From Gnetum montanum (Eukaryota; Plantae; Gnetophyta): a stretch of 64,000 nt of DNA. How positions within the stretch are numbered: the stretch's first letter is position 1; every line of letters starts with the position of its first letter. The notes beneath the pieces are model-generated. The model saw only the letters and a list, made by a program, of their open reading frames with translations. It was not told where the DNA came from and did no database searches. The translations under genes and the position numbers were made by a program. Below are positions 37,763-51,307 of this stretch, piece after piece. The DNA is taken from the NCBI GenBank assembly GCA_015680685.1, contig MNCI01003240.1:971832-1035831 (forward strand), in the 5' to 3' direction.

Positions 37763-39134
37763 ATGGTACAACATGTCCATCTCACAATCCATGACCCTAC
37801 AAGCAAGCGAGCGTGCATAGTGCCAACACGAGGTGGGACGTTGTAGTTCCAAAATGTAGTTCATGATGCCAAGAAAAGACTCTCTAAAATATATGCAATG
37901 CCACTACCCTTGGCATCTTGCTGATCCTCCAGAGATGTTATCTGACATCTTGTTGACCTTCTGGAGCTACCTCCACCACAGCCCATCGCCCTAACAGTAG
38001 CTTCTGTTGTCAACACCTACTAATGGAGTCCTAGCACTATAGTGGCCTAGCCATAAAGTTGCTACCCTCTAGCCCCCACCATTACCCGAGCCCGAAAGAC
38101 GTTCAGCTGTTGGGCAGCTCACCTTATAGTTGAACTGCATAACATTTGCTTTGGGTGGGGATTCCTGAGCACTCGCATCACCATAATTCCTAGCCTCCTC
38201 CATGCTAACCTCTCCACACTGATGCTGCCAGAACCATTACTGGCCTTTCTAGTTTGGACGTCACATGCCTTGGCAACAACGTCCATTTCTCCAGCAACAT
38301 CCAAAGCAAGCAAGGCCTTTGCCTTTGTTCTACTTGATGGTTTTTTCTTCTGGTTTGTTTTTTATTGTGTTTGAAGGGTATGTGCTGGAGGGGTGTTGGT
38401 CAAAGGTGGGTTTCGCTAAGGTGGCAGGACACTACATCGTTCCAATGTGGTCGTCCTGACTAGCTTGGCTACTTGGGAGTGCACATCCTATCCTCCCCCT
38501 TAACCTCCTTTACCTCATTTCTTATACCCACAATTCTCCCTCTCATACTTGTTTTTATGAATTTTCCCAATGCCTGTAAAGCCCTCCCATATGCTCAATT
38601 GTGAAGTCCATGATGCACGTAATGTAACTCGTCACATGGGAAGCATCTGTAGGCAGATCAAAGCCCCACATGGATGTAATGCAACTCCTCTTGGGGAGGA
38701 AACACTTGTCCTGCAATGAGGTTGTTTGCAAATGAACATGGTAAAACAACAAAAGAAAAGATTTAAAGAACAAAAACTCAAAAAAAAGCATGCCCAAAAA
38801 AATGGCACATCAATTGTTTTACAACAACCATCTCTAAGCATTTCGACGAGAGGTCAGAAGTATATAAAAGAAAGATGCCCATGCATATCGACTCCCTCAT
38901 AAGCATTCCAATCAGGGACCACACTATGCTATGTCTTTCCCTTCCTAAAATTGTCCTCGTAGATACACCCTTTCCCCTTTCCCTACATGACTATCCTGGC
39001 ACTCTCAAGCATAGCCAAGCAACATCTGGATAATTACCGAAGAGCCATGTTAGTGTCTTGTCTGTCATGGTGTTTTGTATTCTTTGTCGGCATCTCTCGG
39101 GTCCATCCTCTAGATGTCGACAAAGAGGCGCCAA

Positions 39135-40695
39135 TGAAACACCATAAAATTTTGAGATCCTCTTGCTTCACCAGGGTCTTGGAATTCAGGCAAGGACTTC
39201 CACAAGTGTAGCGTCATGTTAGTTTGGCAGAAAATGTAGGCACTGAGATTAGACTATCCAATTTGGCAAGTTTTCTACCTCTAGATCTGACAAGCCAGAT
39301 GGACTCTTCAGCCTACCCACTTGGAAAATTCACTCGGTTGTCAGTCTACTTAGAAACTATGCTAGGCATTGTCGACGGTGCTCAGGATGGACAAAACAAT
39401 TTGGCAAATTTTCTAGTAGAGAAGTCTGCTACACTACGCTCCACTGCGTAGTATAGCAAGCCTTCGAAAAATCAATCAAGCATCTGAATATAAGTTTTGG
39501 AAAGATGTTCATGCAAAGCAAAGTCAAAATCTGACCAACATAGAGTGTTAAGCTATATAGCATAGCACAGCGTAGAAAGGGAAAAACATGAAAAGACTCT
39601 TTTTTCAAGCCATTTCAGCAAAAGGAATGCATCTGATAGCATTGTGGCTTTCAAAACTACTCTGTCTTAGTTAGCTTTTGAACCACAAGCAAAGTTTTCC
39701 CATGAAACACCACAATTTTGATAGAAATGCACATCATTTTTCTATGCTACATAGCATAGCAAACAACTACACTACTTCAATGTGATAGACAGTGTAAATA
39801 ATGCAAAGTTAATAGAGGCATTAGGACTTTGTTCCACTTTGGCATACCCCTTAGTCCATCTCCCAAAATTTGTCGCTAAACTTGACCCTATTCATAAGGA
39901 TAGGAAAGACGTAGTCCTGGGGGGGGGGGACTTCATTTCTGTTTACATTGTTGGCACACCAGATTCCAGCATGTGTAGTTTCGACAACATGGTTGCAACA
40001 TAGCAAGTTCATGATAGGTGTTGCACATCTACGTAGTATGGGTACATCAGCATCTCATGGGGTCCAGGAAACGTGGCATCCAAGACTCATTTCTTGCCTA
40101 CTCCTGGCCCTATAAATACCCCAGTAAACAAAGTTCAAATGGTTTGCTTTTTTGCATTGGCTTTCCTTATTAGCTTTTTTGCTCAAAGACTTGGCATAGC
40201 AGTTGGCTTGTTGGCATTTTGCATTGGTTGGCTTTTCTGGTTGGCATTTCTCATCTAAAGAGTTGGCATTTTTAAGTAGTTGGCTTTTAAGTTTGCATTC
40301 AAGACCATAGTTGGCACATTCTGAGCATTCTAATTACCCTAGAATTCTCTGTGTGCCTCCAACATTGTATAACTTGTTATACATCTCTCAAACAAGGCAA
40401 AGAATTGAACCCTCGACCTTGAGGTGGTGTATTTTCTTACTTAAGTTTATTATATTATTTCTTTATTGTTATTTTTGTTTGACATTATTTTCTTCATTCT
40501 TACATTTATTGATTATCGATTTTACTTCGCGTATTTCACGTTCAAAACAATGTTCATGTAAGGTTAAGTTACACCGATTAAGTCCCTGTCTAATTGACCA
40601 GATAGTTCAGGGTGCCCTGCTTCCGTTTTATCCATCATGGCCCTGGCACGGATCCGGGGTTAAACTGTTCACCCGACAACCTCTCGGTGTTTCCA
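39135..40695 (+). repeat. 3' LTR of element C
   Basis: PPT-like CAAAGAGGCGCCAA, start TGAAACACC, end GGTGTTTCCA (inverted termini), TATA-like CTATAAATACCCC near 40110. Confidence 0.85.
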
Positions 40696-41891
40696 TCCAT
40701 AGACATTTTTGATTGCTACAATAGGCTCTTATTTACTTATATTGAAGATTCCTCTTTGGCCTAATTGACCTCCCTATTAGTAGCTCTAAGATAGACTACT
40801 ACATTGGTATCATCTTGTTAGTAAACCTTTTCAGTCTTTGCAATGAAGTATATTCTCTTTAAATTTAGAGGAAATTTGCATTATTCACGATATCTTATAG
40901 CCATGGATCTTAAATTCCCTGAATTATTAAACTTCCAAAATTTAAATTTAAGAGGGAAAACCTCCTTATTCTTGTAGTCATGTCACAAAATCCTCTCTCA
41001 CATCTGACATCCAACTTTTGAGGCTAACAAGTGAGGAGCCATGAACATTAGTAACTTGAAGGCCATTTCTTAAAAACCTTCTATGAGGATCTAAGTATAA
41101 TGAGTATGTAGAAAGATAACTCCATGATAGTTTTTTGTTGCTTGCTAACTTGTTGATCAACCCTTGGTGGAAAACCTCCTAAAATCAACTTCATTAAATG
41201 GGGGTAAACACATTTCATCAAAAACTTCAAAGCCTATGCATCAAAGTAGCTTCTCTAGTAGACAACTAGGAAGAATTTGTAATAGAGGTCTTGTAGATGA
41301 GCTCCTCTCTTTGATATGTAGTCCATAAAAATTGGAACCATTCGCTCAAGGTTAGGAACCTCACTAAACAAATAGTCTATCAAAAATAAGCTAAGACCTA
41401 GCTAAACCCATTGCTCATGAATTTTCTATAGGATCTAATACAATGCATCATTCATATATTATACAAGAAATAAATACTTCTTATTCTCTAAAGCTACCTA
41501 GGTGCAAACTTGATAATTAGCAACTATATTAATATCAAAATTAGAACAAAAATTTAAAGCTGAAATAAAAATTCTATGAGGGAACTTGAGCTCCAAAGCT
41601 TTTAGAATAATATTTTTGTATCCCCAAGCCTTTGCTAAATTGACTAGTGGTAGCTTGATGGCCTTGCTAGATTTAGGATGATTGTAGAGCTTGATCATCA
41701 AGCTTCTCATTATACTTATAAGATTCTATTTCATTATTATTTGGTTCTATTATTCAATAGAGCTCATATTCCTTCTTAACACTAATGTAAATGTAGTGCC
41801 CTATGTTCCCTATGAATTGCAACTTGTCTTTCTTATAAACTCTTTTTGATATTAGGTAAATCAAAATATCTCTAATAAGATTTACCCTAGG
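40696..41891 (-). pseudogene. Highly decayed gag-like sequence of an older gypsy element (probably continues after 47400)
   Basis: Reverse complement near 40880-40965 reads FPLKFKFWKFNNSGN, reminiscent of the gag FP-x-FK-x-P-x-F-x-x-Y-x-G motif; otherwise stop-ridden. Confidence 0.4.
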
Positions 41892-42465
41892 TGTGACATC
41901 CTATCCCCAAATGTCATGGAAAACATCAAATATAAGATATATTAGACATTATGCATATGAAGAAAATATATCAAATGTGAAATATATGTGATATTTGACA
42001 TTATGTATAAAGGAAATAATAGGAAAAATGCAGAAAGAGAAAGAATAGACTACTTTATTGATATGACATAGCATATTCAAATCATGCTCTAAGAGTGTTC
42101 CTTGGGATTTTCTTTCTTTGGCATTTATTCCTTAGAGGCAATCCAGCACTACCACCATGGTTAGGCCTATAACCTGGCCAAAAGGGATGCCTAGTCCACT
42201 TCCTATCTTGCTTCACCTCTCACCCATGACTTACCCTTCTAGGATCTGCCACTTCATGCTTGGCACAACCTCTAAGCCTAGGTATGAATGTCTTAGGTCA
42301 AATCCTCAAAGGTTAGTCAAGAAACACATCCGTTATTACAACATGCCCTTTTGGATCTTAATTAAAACTACCCTTTCAAGTCCTATTACAATAACAATAA
42401 CACTTCTAATGAAGAGGCACCATCTTTGTTAGGTAGCAACAATATTTGGGAATGGGGACATGACA
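41892..42465 (-). repeat. 3' LTR of element D
   Basis: TGTGACATC...GACATGACA; direct repeat of 46824-47399. Confidence 0.92.
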
Positions 42466-42909
42466 ATCTACCCCCTTAAGTCTCATTTGTCCTTGAATGA
42501 GTCTACATTCACTATCTTTTTTTTTAAGCTCTAGTGCTTCTTTTATGATCTTGTGCTCCAATAATTTGATTTCTCCTTTGAGATTAAATTTGTTTCTTTC
42601 TTATTCTACAAAAAAGATATATTTGAGAAGAATTTATATGAATATTAAATATTACTTTCTTAATACTTACCTCATTTTCTAAGATAATGATAAGAGAAAT
42701 TTAAAGGTCTACCAATCACCAATCACCAATCTAACCAAGGTTACACAAAGTGCAACTCATATTTGGTAATCCAAGTGAAGGCAAGGAAAACTCTTTATTT
42801 CCAGTTTCCATTTCTTAGATATTTTACTTTTCTAATTAAAATATAAATTAAAAAATGAATAAAATAATAATATTTATCAATAAAATTATGGGTTAGATAC
42901 TTCCTAATC

Positions 42910-44100
42910 TTAATCAGCCTTATGAATTGATGGAAGTAATTGTAATTCTGCCATAAGTGATATATGATTGGATGGTCTTGTCTGGGATGGCAAGGCTTGA
43001 TCTTGACTTTTCTCAACTTCTTTAGAAATTAACTCTAGTAGCTTGGTAACTTGGAAGAATATAACATCATACCAACTATAATCTAGGGTCTCATTGAAGA
43101 ATGTTGTTGATCCATTTGTATTAATCATAGTAGAATAATTGGTAAACTGTGTTTCTTAATGAGCACTATTCATCAACATCATATAATCTTGAATTCTAGA
43201 ATTTGATTTATTTCTTTATGATTCAAAATAAGTAGAATATGCATTGGCCAATGGAATTCCATGCTAAATTAATAGAAAAATCTTCTTCAAATTAGGTTCA
43301 TCTTTCAAGGATTCCTTTACACATCCATATTTTAAGAATTGATAGACATCACTTCCAGCTTTTGCATTGAAATCTCCACAAAGGGCAATTGGCACTTTAT
43401 TGGTATAACTTAGGAATAACTTATTCCTTAAACTTTCTTTTATTCGCTTAATTAAGTATACTCAACATAGTTTAACATCTGAACATGTTGGTTTGGCAAT
43501 CAAATGTGTGCTAACCATGCATACACATCTTCTTGATAGATGGACTTTTAGAATCACTACCAAGGCTATGTGATTTTTCCAAAATCTTGATTGTTCTTTC
43601 TTTCCCATCACTTGAAGTTCTAGAATTTCAAAAATCATATTTTCTAGACTCCATTCAAATCTTTATACTAATTCAAGCTTAGCTTCCTTATAAGAGATTA
43701 CATAACCATCCATGTTGTGATTTTTGCAATAAGCTAATCTATATGGCTCAAAAGAAGAACTTTCACAAGAACCTTTTTGCTTATAAATACCTCTGTATCT
43801 AATATTTTCCAAATCTAGTTGGAATTGATATAAAAATTCCCATGGAAAGACTTCTTGTAGGCATAAAACATTAGCATCCAAATCTTGTAACTCTGCTAAA
43901 ATGCACAAGTATCGATATTCATGCGAATTCAAGGCCCATGGTGGACATAGTGACTATTGTTTCTTATTTGCTAAGGATCTTGCAAGCATGTTGTGTGTTG
44001 AAACTTTCATTCTCATTCTTGGATTTTCCTCTGAATCATTTTTCTTTACCAGTATCATACACCTTGTTGAAGCAATACTTTAAGTCTCCATCCTATTTTA
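42910..44100 (-). pseudogene. Intronless CCR4/Nocturnin/Angel-family EEP deadenylase domain
   Basis: Motifs in order: VSTHNMLA...CPPWAL...YR...DANVLCLQEV...MDGYVISY...NHIALVVIL...STHL...DVKL...IALCGDFNA...TLDY...ALPS...PSNHISLMAEL; at least two in-frame stops. Confidence 0.9.
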
Positions 44101-44689
44101 CCATATGTTTTGGTTGTAGGAGAAATTGATATACATCATTCAAGATTATTTTTTTCATTAACTAATTATCAACTAATTCTCCAACTGATCATCAATTGAA
44201 CTAATATTAATACATCATTACTACATTATCTAATTCTAGCAACATATAACTACATCATCTAATTTTAGTAATATATAATTATATTGTTGAATTCTTAACA
44301 ACCTTTCTACCCCACTTAAAGACATTCATTCTAGTAGTGTAACTAATGACATGCCATAGGGATCTTAAGGCTATCTACAAAGGTTATTTTCCCAACAAGG
44401 CATGATTAGTTATCCTTATTTTGTCGACTTTGAAGGCGTAGTTTCATGATATCTTGAAACTATTGGGTATCTAGATGATAAATCTGACCTCACCATTGAG
44501 TTTAGAAGGGTGAAAAATATTAGAAATGAATATTCATATGTTGAAAAAGAACATCATATGCTTAAGTTATGCTAAAATTGATGGCTTCTTAATTTTAAAT
44601 TGATGGCTTGATGATGGGAATCTGTCAATTGATAGAATTTTGAAATTTTCATCAACTTTGCTAATGGGAAATTTTTTCATCATGATGGT

Positions 44690-45205
44690 AGGACATTGAT
44701 GCCCACAGGCACCAAGATGAACCATTATGAATGGTGCCATTGGTGCCCACAGTGCCCATGATGGGCCATTATGAATGGTGCCATCAGTGCTTGCGATGCT
44801 TGGGATGGGCTGTTACGAATGATGCTGTTGAAGCTCACGGTGCTTTTGATGGACCATTATAAATTGTGCCATCAGTGCTTTTAGTGCCTAACATGGGTTT
44901 TTATGAACACCATCATCGGTTTCAATAGTGCTTCACATGGAACATTATGAATAGTGTTGTTGATGCTTACGGTGGTTACGATGGGCCGTTATGGATGGTG
45001 TCAATGGTGCCTACAGTGCTTGTGATGGGTCATTATGAGTAGTGCCATCAATGCCCACAATGGGCCAGTATGAGTCGTGTCGTTGGTGCCCATGGTGCTT
45101 AGGATGGGTTGTTATGAATGGCATCATAGGTATTCATGATGCTTGAGATGGGCTATTATGAATGACACTATTAGTGCCCATGGTATCTATGATGGGCAGT
45201 TATAG
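44690..45205. repeat. 44-bp tandem repeat, ~12 diverged copies
   Basis: GATGGGCCATTATGAATGGTGCCATCAGTGC... starts at 44716, 44760, 44804, 44848, 44892, 44936, 44980, 45024 and onward. Confidence 0.9.
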
Positions 45206-46823
45206 ATATTGGTGTTGGTGTTTATCGGTGGTGTGTAGCAGTAGTGAAGGTAGCATGGGGTGAGGTAGAGGCAACATGCAATGGTGGAGCAACACATAGC
45301 AGCAAGAACAAGGGTTTTTGAAGTAGCAAGTGAGTGGAAATTGTGCAATGCAAGGGTTTTGGTAGCTGCTAGGGACAAAGGCATAGTAGTTGAGAGCTGT
45401 AGCCTTGCAGATTTTGGTATTAGCAGTGTGCATGGGAATCTTCAATGATAGAGGTAGAGTGGCATAGTAGTGGAGTGGTAGGCATTGATGTGCAAAGCAG
45501 CAACACAGTGGGCAAAGTAGCAAAGTGGTACCACAAAGTGATGATGCAGTGCATGTAGCTACATCATGTGTAATGGCAAGAAGTGCAATTGGTAAGGGTT
45601 TAGTGTTGATGTTGTGCACACTGGCAAGTGTTTCAATGTTGTGGTGATATAGAAGGTAATGTGAGGTGAGGGAAAGCTGCAAATTGCAGCCATTGAAGGA
45701 TGCGTGTGGAGGGTGAGAAGGTGGTTGATTACCAAACAACAACATTGAGTGATGAGGCATAGTAATAGTGGTGCTAGCATGGATCATGGATCACGGTGGG
45801 TGTGGTAGCACAATGGAAATGGCCTTGTAGGCAAGTGATGATAGTGGCTTTGAAGGTAGGTTGGTAGTAGCAGTAGCCCCCAACCAAGGGTTGCATGGTC
45901 CCTGTAGGGCCAGCATAGCCTGCATAGGATCACTATGGCCCTTGCATGGCCTACATGCTTGAATTTTTTTAATTATTTATCATTATTTTATTTTTATTTT
46001 TTACATGTTTATGTATTTATTTATTATTATTATATTAGGGGCTAGAGTTGAAGCCACGACCTCCCTCTTTATGTTATTTTTTTAAACTTTTCTTATTATT
46101 TTATTCCATCTTGCCCTGACAGTTGATGTGGTGGTTTAGCCAATGATAGAGTAAAGGTTCAATGTTGGTAAATGGCAATTTTGGGTTGATTCATGACATT
46201 GAGATTTTGAAATTTTTTTAAAATAATAATTTAATATTATTTTAATACAGACATAACAAGAAATTTTAAACAACAATATCTCTCAAACTGTAACTTTGAT
46301 CAAGAAAAAATCTGTACCATTGGAATCTTCGCAATGAGTGCTATGCATTGAATGTCATCTTAGGGTTCAAAAATGAAGTTGAATTTTCAATATTTTTAAA
46401 GATTCACTAACTTATTCTACCAAACCAACATTACTAAGTTGACGTATGGATGACCTAATAACTTATAAATGGCTCTATGTTACTTAGGATAATGAGTTTC
46501 AACAAAACAAGATCAATTCAAGTCATGGTTACTAATGTTTTGGGAGAAACTTAACAATGACCTTGATTAATTAATATTTCTAGCATTAAGATGGATAAGA
46601 GTTACTTGGACTAGTGTAATCTTATCTTACCAACATCTCTTGCAATTGATAAATCTTGATGGGACTTAATTAGATCTTTGTTGGTTAATGATATCCATGA
46701 AAGAATTTTTTTGGTTGGTGATCCATGATTCTTCTTAGTTCATGGCCTCATGCTTCATCATTAGGTTGTCGTTAGCCCATGGCTTTGAAAGGCCCTTGGG
46801 CTATGGTTTGCATTGACACCAAT

Positions 46824-47399
46824 TATGACATCCCATCCCCAGATGTCATGGAAAATGTTAAATATATGATATATTAGACATTATGTGTATGAAGAAAATA
46901 TACCAAATGTGAAATAAATGTGATATTCAACATTATGTATAAAGGAAATAATAGGGAAAATGTAGAAATAGAAAGAAAAAAAATGCTTTATTGATATAAC
47001 ATAGCATATTCGAATCATGTTCTAAGAGTGTTCCTTGTAGTTTTCTTCCTTTGGCATCTATCCCTTAGAGGCAATCCAACACTGCCACCATGGTTAGGCC
47101 TATAACTAGGCTAGAAGGGATGGCAAGTCCACTTCCTATCTCACTTCACCCAGCACCCATGACTTTCTCTTCCAGGCTCCACCACTGTATGCCTGGCACA
47201 AACTGTAAGCTTGAGTATAAATGCCTTAGGTCAAGTCCCCAAAGGTTACTTCAAGAGACACATTTGTTATTACAACATGCCATTTTGGGTCTTAATTACA
47301 ACTACCCTTTCAAGTCCTGTTATGATAATAATAACACTTGTTATGAAGAGGCACCATCTTTGTTAGGCAACAACATCATTTAGGAATGGAGACATAACA
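46824..47399 (-). repeat. 5' LTR of element D
   Basis: TATGACATC...GACATAACA; direct repeat of 41892-42465. Confidence 0.92.
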
Positions 47400-48049
47400 T
47401 TACGCCTAAAACCAAACTTATGAAGCCCTATTTTCTCATATATTTTCTACCATTCCTCCATCATTTCTATGGATTAAAGGCCTGACTTTGCTACCAAATT
47501 ATGATCTTCATCAAACCTAAATATATCTATCTCCTCTACTTCTAGCTCTAAGTGGATGACATCGATCCATTGTCAAAGTTGGTAGATGTTAAGGCTAAAT
47601 TACTATAAGTGCTCTAAGTAAGGGAAATTATCAACATCTTGGAATTTTTGGGATATATATTCTTTCTCTTTGTGCAATGTCTTATTGTTTTCTCTAAGGA
47701 TTATATGAAGATTCTAGAGCTTTTCTTTACTCTTCAATAGCTACTCTATGTCTATTCTCAGCTTTGTTTTACCTTTTAGCTCTACTTGCTAATGGCTTCA
47801 TGTTAGAAATCTACTTAGATTTCACTTGTTAATGTTAAGAGATTTATTCTTCAATTTTCTCACTTTAGATAGGCTATTTGACTCAATTCTTTACACATGT
47901 CACAAGCTTTAATTTTGTTGAGCTACTTTATTAAAAGCTCAATGTCTTAACCTATTCTTATTACTATAGCTTTATCTTAGTGCTAATGTTAGCTTATAGA
48001 AACATTTTATAATTATTTGTACAACTAAGTTTTGGCTCCATAAATTTAC

Positions 48050-50170
48050 TCTATAAAGAAGTTGACATGTAATACGTAATCATATGTTTTCTTGTAGAAT
48101 CAAATTTTAGCTCTACAAATGATCTTCTTCTTGTAAATTGACATCGCAAAGTATTCTCAAGGCTAGTCTTTGAACTTCACTCATAAAATCATTTTTGTAT
48201 CCAAAAATATCCTTCTACCAGGAATTTAATGTGGCTTTTAGAATCATTTTATAGCTTATTCATGGAATCATTTTCATGGTCTCCAAAATTTCTCTTCAAA
48301 GGAGCTAATGTGGTAGAGCAACCTTGTAGCTAACTTGTAGAAATGAGTCATAGAATCATTCGTTGATTCTTGAATATTTTCTTCTATCTTAAGCTTATGT
48401 GGCTTTTTATTTTCTTTAAATCCTCAAAAATGTATATGACAAGCTTAGCTAAGCTAGATTAAAATTATAATTTGCCATGTGTGGAATTATCTATAGTAGA
48501 TACAATTTTTAAGATTTATAGTTTAGTGTCCACGTGGCTCATAGAACCATTTTTGAGCTCACACATAGAACCAATTTTTAGTTCTATGAACCCATTCTTC
48601 TCAAACGTTGACATGGCAGATAAATCAAATATTTCTTTCATAGAACCAAGTTTTGGTTCTACAAATTGACATTACGCAGAAGTTGACATGGTAGGATTTT
48701 CTTGAGGTTCATTTTTCTAGATTTACTTTCCCAATTTGAAAAGTTTATTAATTTTCCAAGGTTAATGTGATTTGTAGAATTGATTCTTGAGTCCATTTGT
48801 AGAGCTAAATTTCAATTCTATAAATTAGTTCTACAAGCTGAAATTGTAGAATGAGTCTAAGCCTCTTTATAGAACTAGTTTTTGGTTTTACATGTTGCAT
48901 CGTACTATCTTGCCTTTTATTTTCATAACTTTTTGAGCTAGATTAAAAGTGAAATGTGCATGTGCATAAATTAGATTCATAACTTGTGTGGACATAATGT
49001 AAGGTTTTTAAATCCTAAGTGGCTTTTTCAATCATTTAGCTTCTCCTTGTAGAACCATTTCATAGAACCTATTTTTGGTTCTTTAAAACTACAGTTCTTA
49101 GAGGATTACTTGGTAAGGTATCTCAAGAACCTATTTTAGATGATACTTCTCTAGCTATTCAAAAGTTTTGTCTTTTCAATGTTAACATAGTGGAGCTGAA
49201 AAGTAAGCTTGTCTTAAATATAGAATTTGATTCTATGAACCTGTTCTACAAAGGAGTTGACATGGCTTATAGAAAGATTCTAATCATCTGTTTGTAAAAT
49301 TGCTTTTGGTTCTATGAAATTACTTGACAAAAGAGCTGATGTAACAGAATCAATTATACACTTACTTGTAGAACCAAATTTTGATTCTATAAACAAAACT
49401 CTTCTTTGTGCATTTCTTTGAATGATGATGTGAGCTATAGAACCATTTTTTCTTTACTTAGTAAAATCAAATTTTGGTTCTAAGAACACATGCTAACTAG
49501 GGAGCTTATAAGATAGAGCCTTTTTGTAGAACTACTATTTAACTCTATGAAGTCATTTACCATATGATAAAGCTAACATGATAGAAATGAATTTTTACTT
49601 ATTTGTTAAGTTGAATTCTAGTTCTACATGCACCCTAATTCTAATATGCTTCGATAACATGGTGTGTAGAATTGATTTTAAGCCTATTCATAGAATTGAA
49701 ATAAGCTTTTATAGAATCATTCTACAAAGGAGTTTATGTGCTAGAGCCAAAAAGTGAGTTTCTTAAAGAACCATCTTTTAATCCCATGAATCTTTCCATC
49801 TCAAAGGAGCTAACTTGGTGGAATTGAAGTGGAGTTTATTTATAATGCTAAATTTTGACTCTTCAAATAATTCTCTCTTTTCAAAAGTTGACATGGCAGA
49901 GCCAAAAAATATATTTCCTAGTAGGGCTAATTTTCTACTATATGAATCCTCTATTTGAATAGAGCTAAGTTCATAGAACTATTTTTTGTAGTTTTTGTAG
50001 GATCAATTCTTGGCTCTACTAACTTACTTCGTATAATAGCTTACATTTTATATGGGATAGATGTATTTAGTTTTTTCTTATGCTTTAATCCTACAAAGTT
50101 GAATTAGATAGAACCATATTGTAGAGCCTATTTTTGGTTTTATGAGCCTGCCATATGAACTGATGTGGAA
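48050..50170. repeat. Degenerate tandem array (GACATGGTAGA...TAGAACCAAATTTTGGTTCTA-type units)
   Basis: Recurring motif related to the better preserved array at 53330-54150. Confidence 0.7.
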
Positions 50171-51055
50171 AGTGTACTTAATTAAGCCCCCTTTTTAAGA
50201 TTTGGATTAAGCCCTTTTTCTTGAAACGAGGGTTTATTTTTACTCTCAACTATTTATTCTATTGTTGATCTTGTATCAAGATGAAATTGGTCCTTAGGCT
50301 TTATGATTCCATTCTCAGCATTCTCATGTTAACTAATAGATAGAAAGAGCATATGGTTAAGCTAGCTAAATTTGTGTAAATTCTATCTTTGATAGATAAT
50401 TTAGTTGTTTCTAGGTGATATTAGGTTTAATTCAAAAATCCTAGCTTATTGAAGTAATCAAAAATTATGAGCTTATGTGATGAATAAAGAAGAATATTTT
50501 GGGATTGTTCACTTAGCTTTAAAATCTTTTATTCAAAAAGGAATTTCGATCACCAAGGCTTTAATCTTCTTAGTATTTCTGTTAAATATGCCTAGGGAAT
50601 TACCTTTTCTTAGAGTTTTTTCATCACATAATTAAAATGTGATGAATCTTTACTTAGTTCAATCTTATCATGTGAGTATATGGATGTTTGAAATTCATGA
50701 GATATTGTGCAAAAATTTTCCAAAATTTTCCAATATGCCTAGCTATTTGGAAACTTGTTAAGTAACAGAATGAAAACAATCACTGCGGCCTTCCTTAAAA
50801 CCCTTCTTTCAAAAGCTCTGTCATACTTAATTTTGGTTATAACTTTGGCCATCTTCTCATCTTGTTATTTTATATTCTTTCTCTCAACTACAATATTTCT
50901 ACTACTTTTTCCTATGCTAAATCCCTTTTTAATTGGTCCAAGAGGATTCCTTTTACTTTTCCTTCACATTGGTGTTGTGATTGCAAATTCATGATGGGGC
51001 CTTGATTTTTCTCTTGGGTTGGCTGGTTAGTAGCTTCTAAGACAAGAACTTCTTC

Positions 51056-51307
51056 TCATGAATTTGAATTACCTAGATGCTCTTCATTATCATCTATCTT
51101 CCTAATTTCTAAACATTGATGAAAATTTTCCAAAACTTGAGCATGAATGGAGTGACCATTTGTCATGATAGAAAACTCATTGGTTAACCATGTCAAATAG
51201 GAAGAATTGTATGAGGTTTCATAGCTTGAAGCTTTGTAATAAGCCTTCATGACATGCTTAGGAAAACATCCAAATAGATAAAGGTTAAAAGGCCTTGTGC
51301 TTTTCAT
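51056..51307 (-). pseudogene. Unknown ORF downstream of gypsy integrase (copy 1)
   Basis: FPKHVMKAYYKAS...SSYLTW...EFS matches ORF 55680..55871. Confidence 0.55.

Larger units (their letters stand above)
7681..40695 (+). mobile_element. Tat-group gypsy element C (5' end outside the window; interrupted by B at 11600-30572)
   Basis: Order gag-PR, antisense gene, pol, 3' UTR, PPT, LTR. The antisense reading frame is continuous across the GGCAT TSD of B. Confidence 0.85.
41892..47399 (-). mobile_element. Non-autonomous LTR retroelement D carrying a CCR4-like deadenylase domain
   Basis: ~575-bp direct repeats; Met-type PBS (rc of 46810-46821, TGGTGTCAATGC); PPT (rc of 42466-42480, CTTAAGGGGGTAGAT); no recognisable RT. 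TSD only 3/5 (CTAGG vs TTACG). Confidence 0.85.

Noticed and set aside
42157-42432. Similar ORFs at 42157..42432 and 47090..47383
   Set aside because: Both lie inside the two LTR copies; the similarity reflects LTR duplication, not coding constraint.
45187-45787. 195-aa Cys/His-rich ORF and overlapping ORFs
   Set aside because: Low-complexity GT-rich sequence with no recognisable domain.
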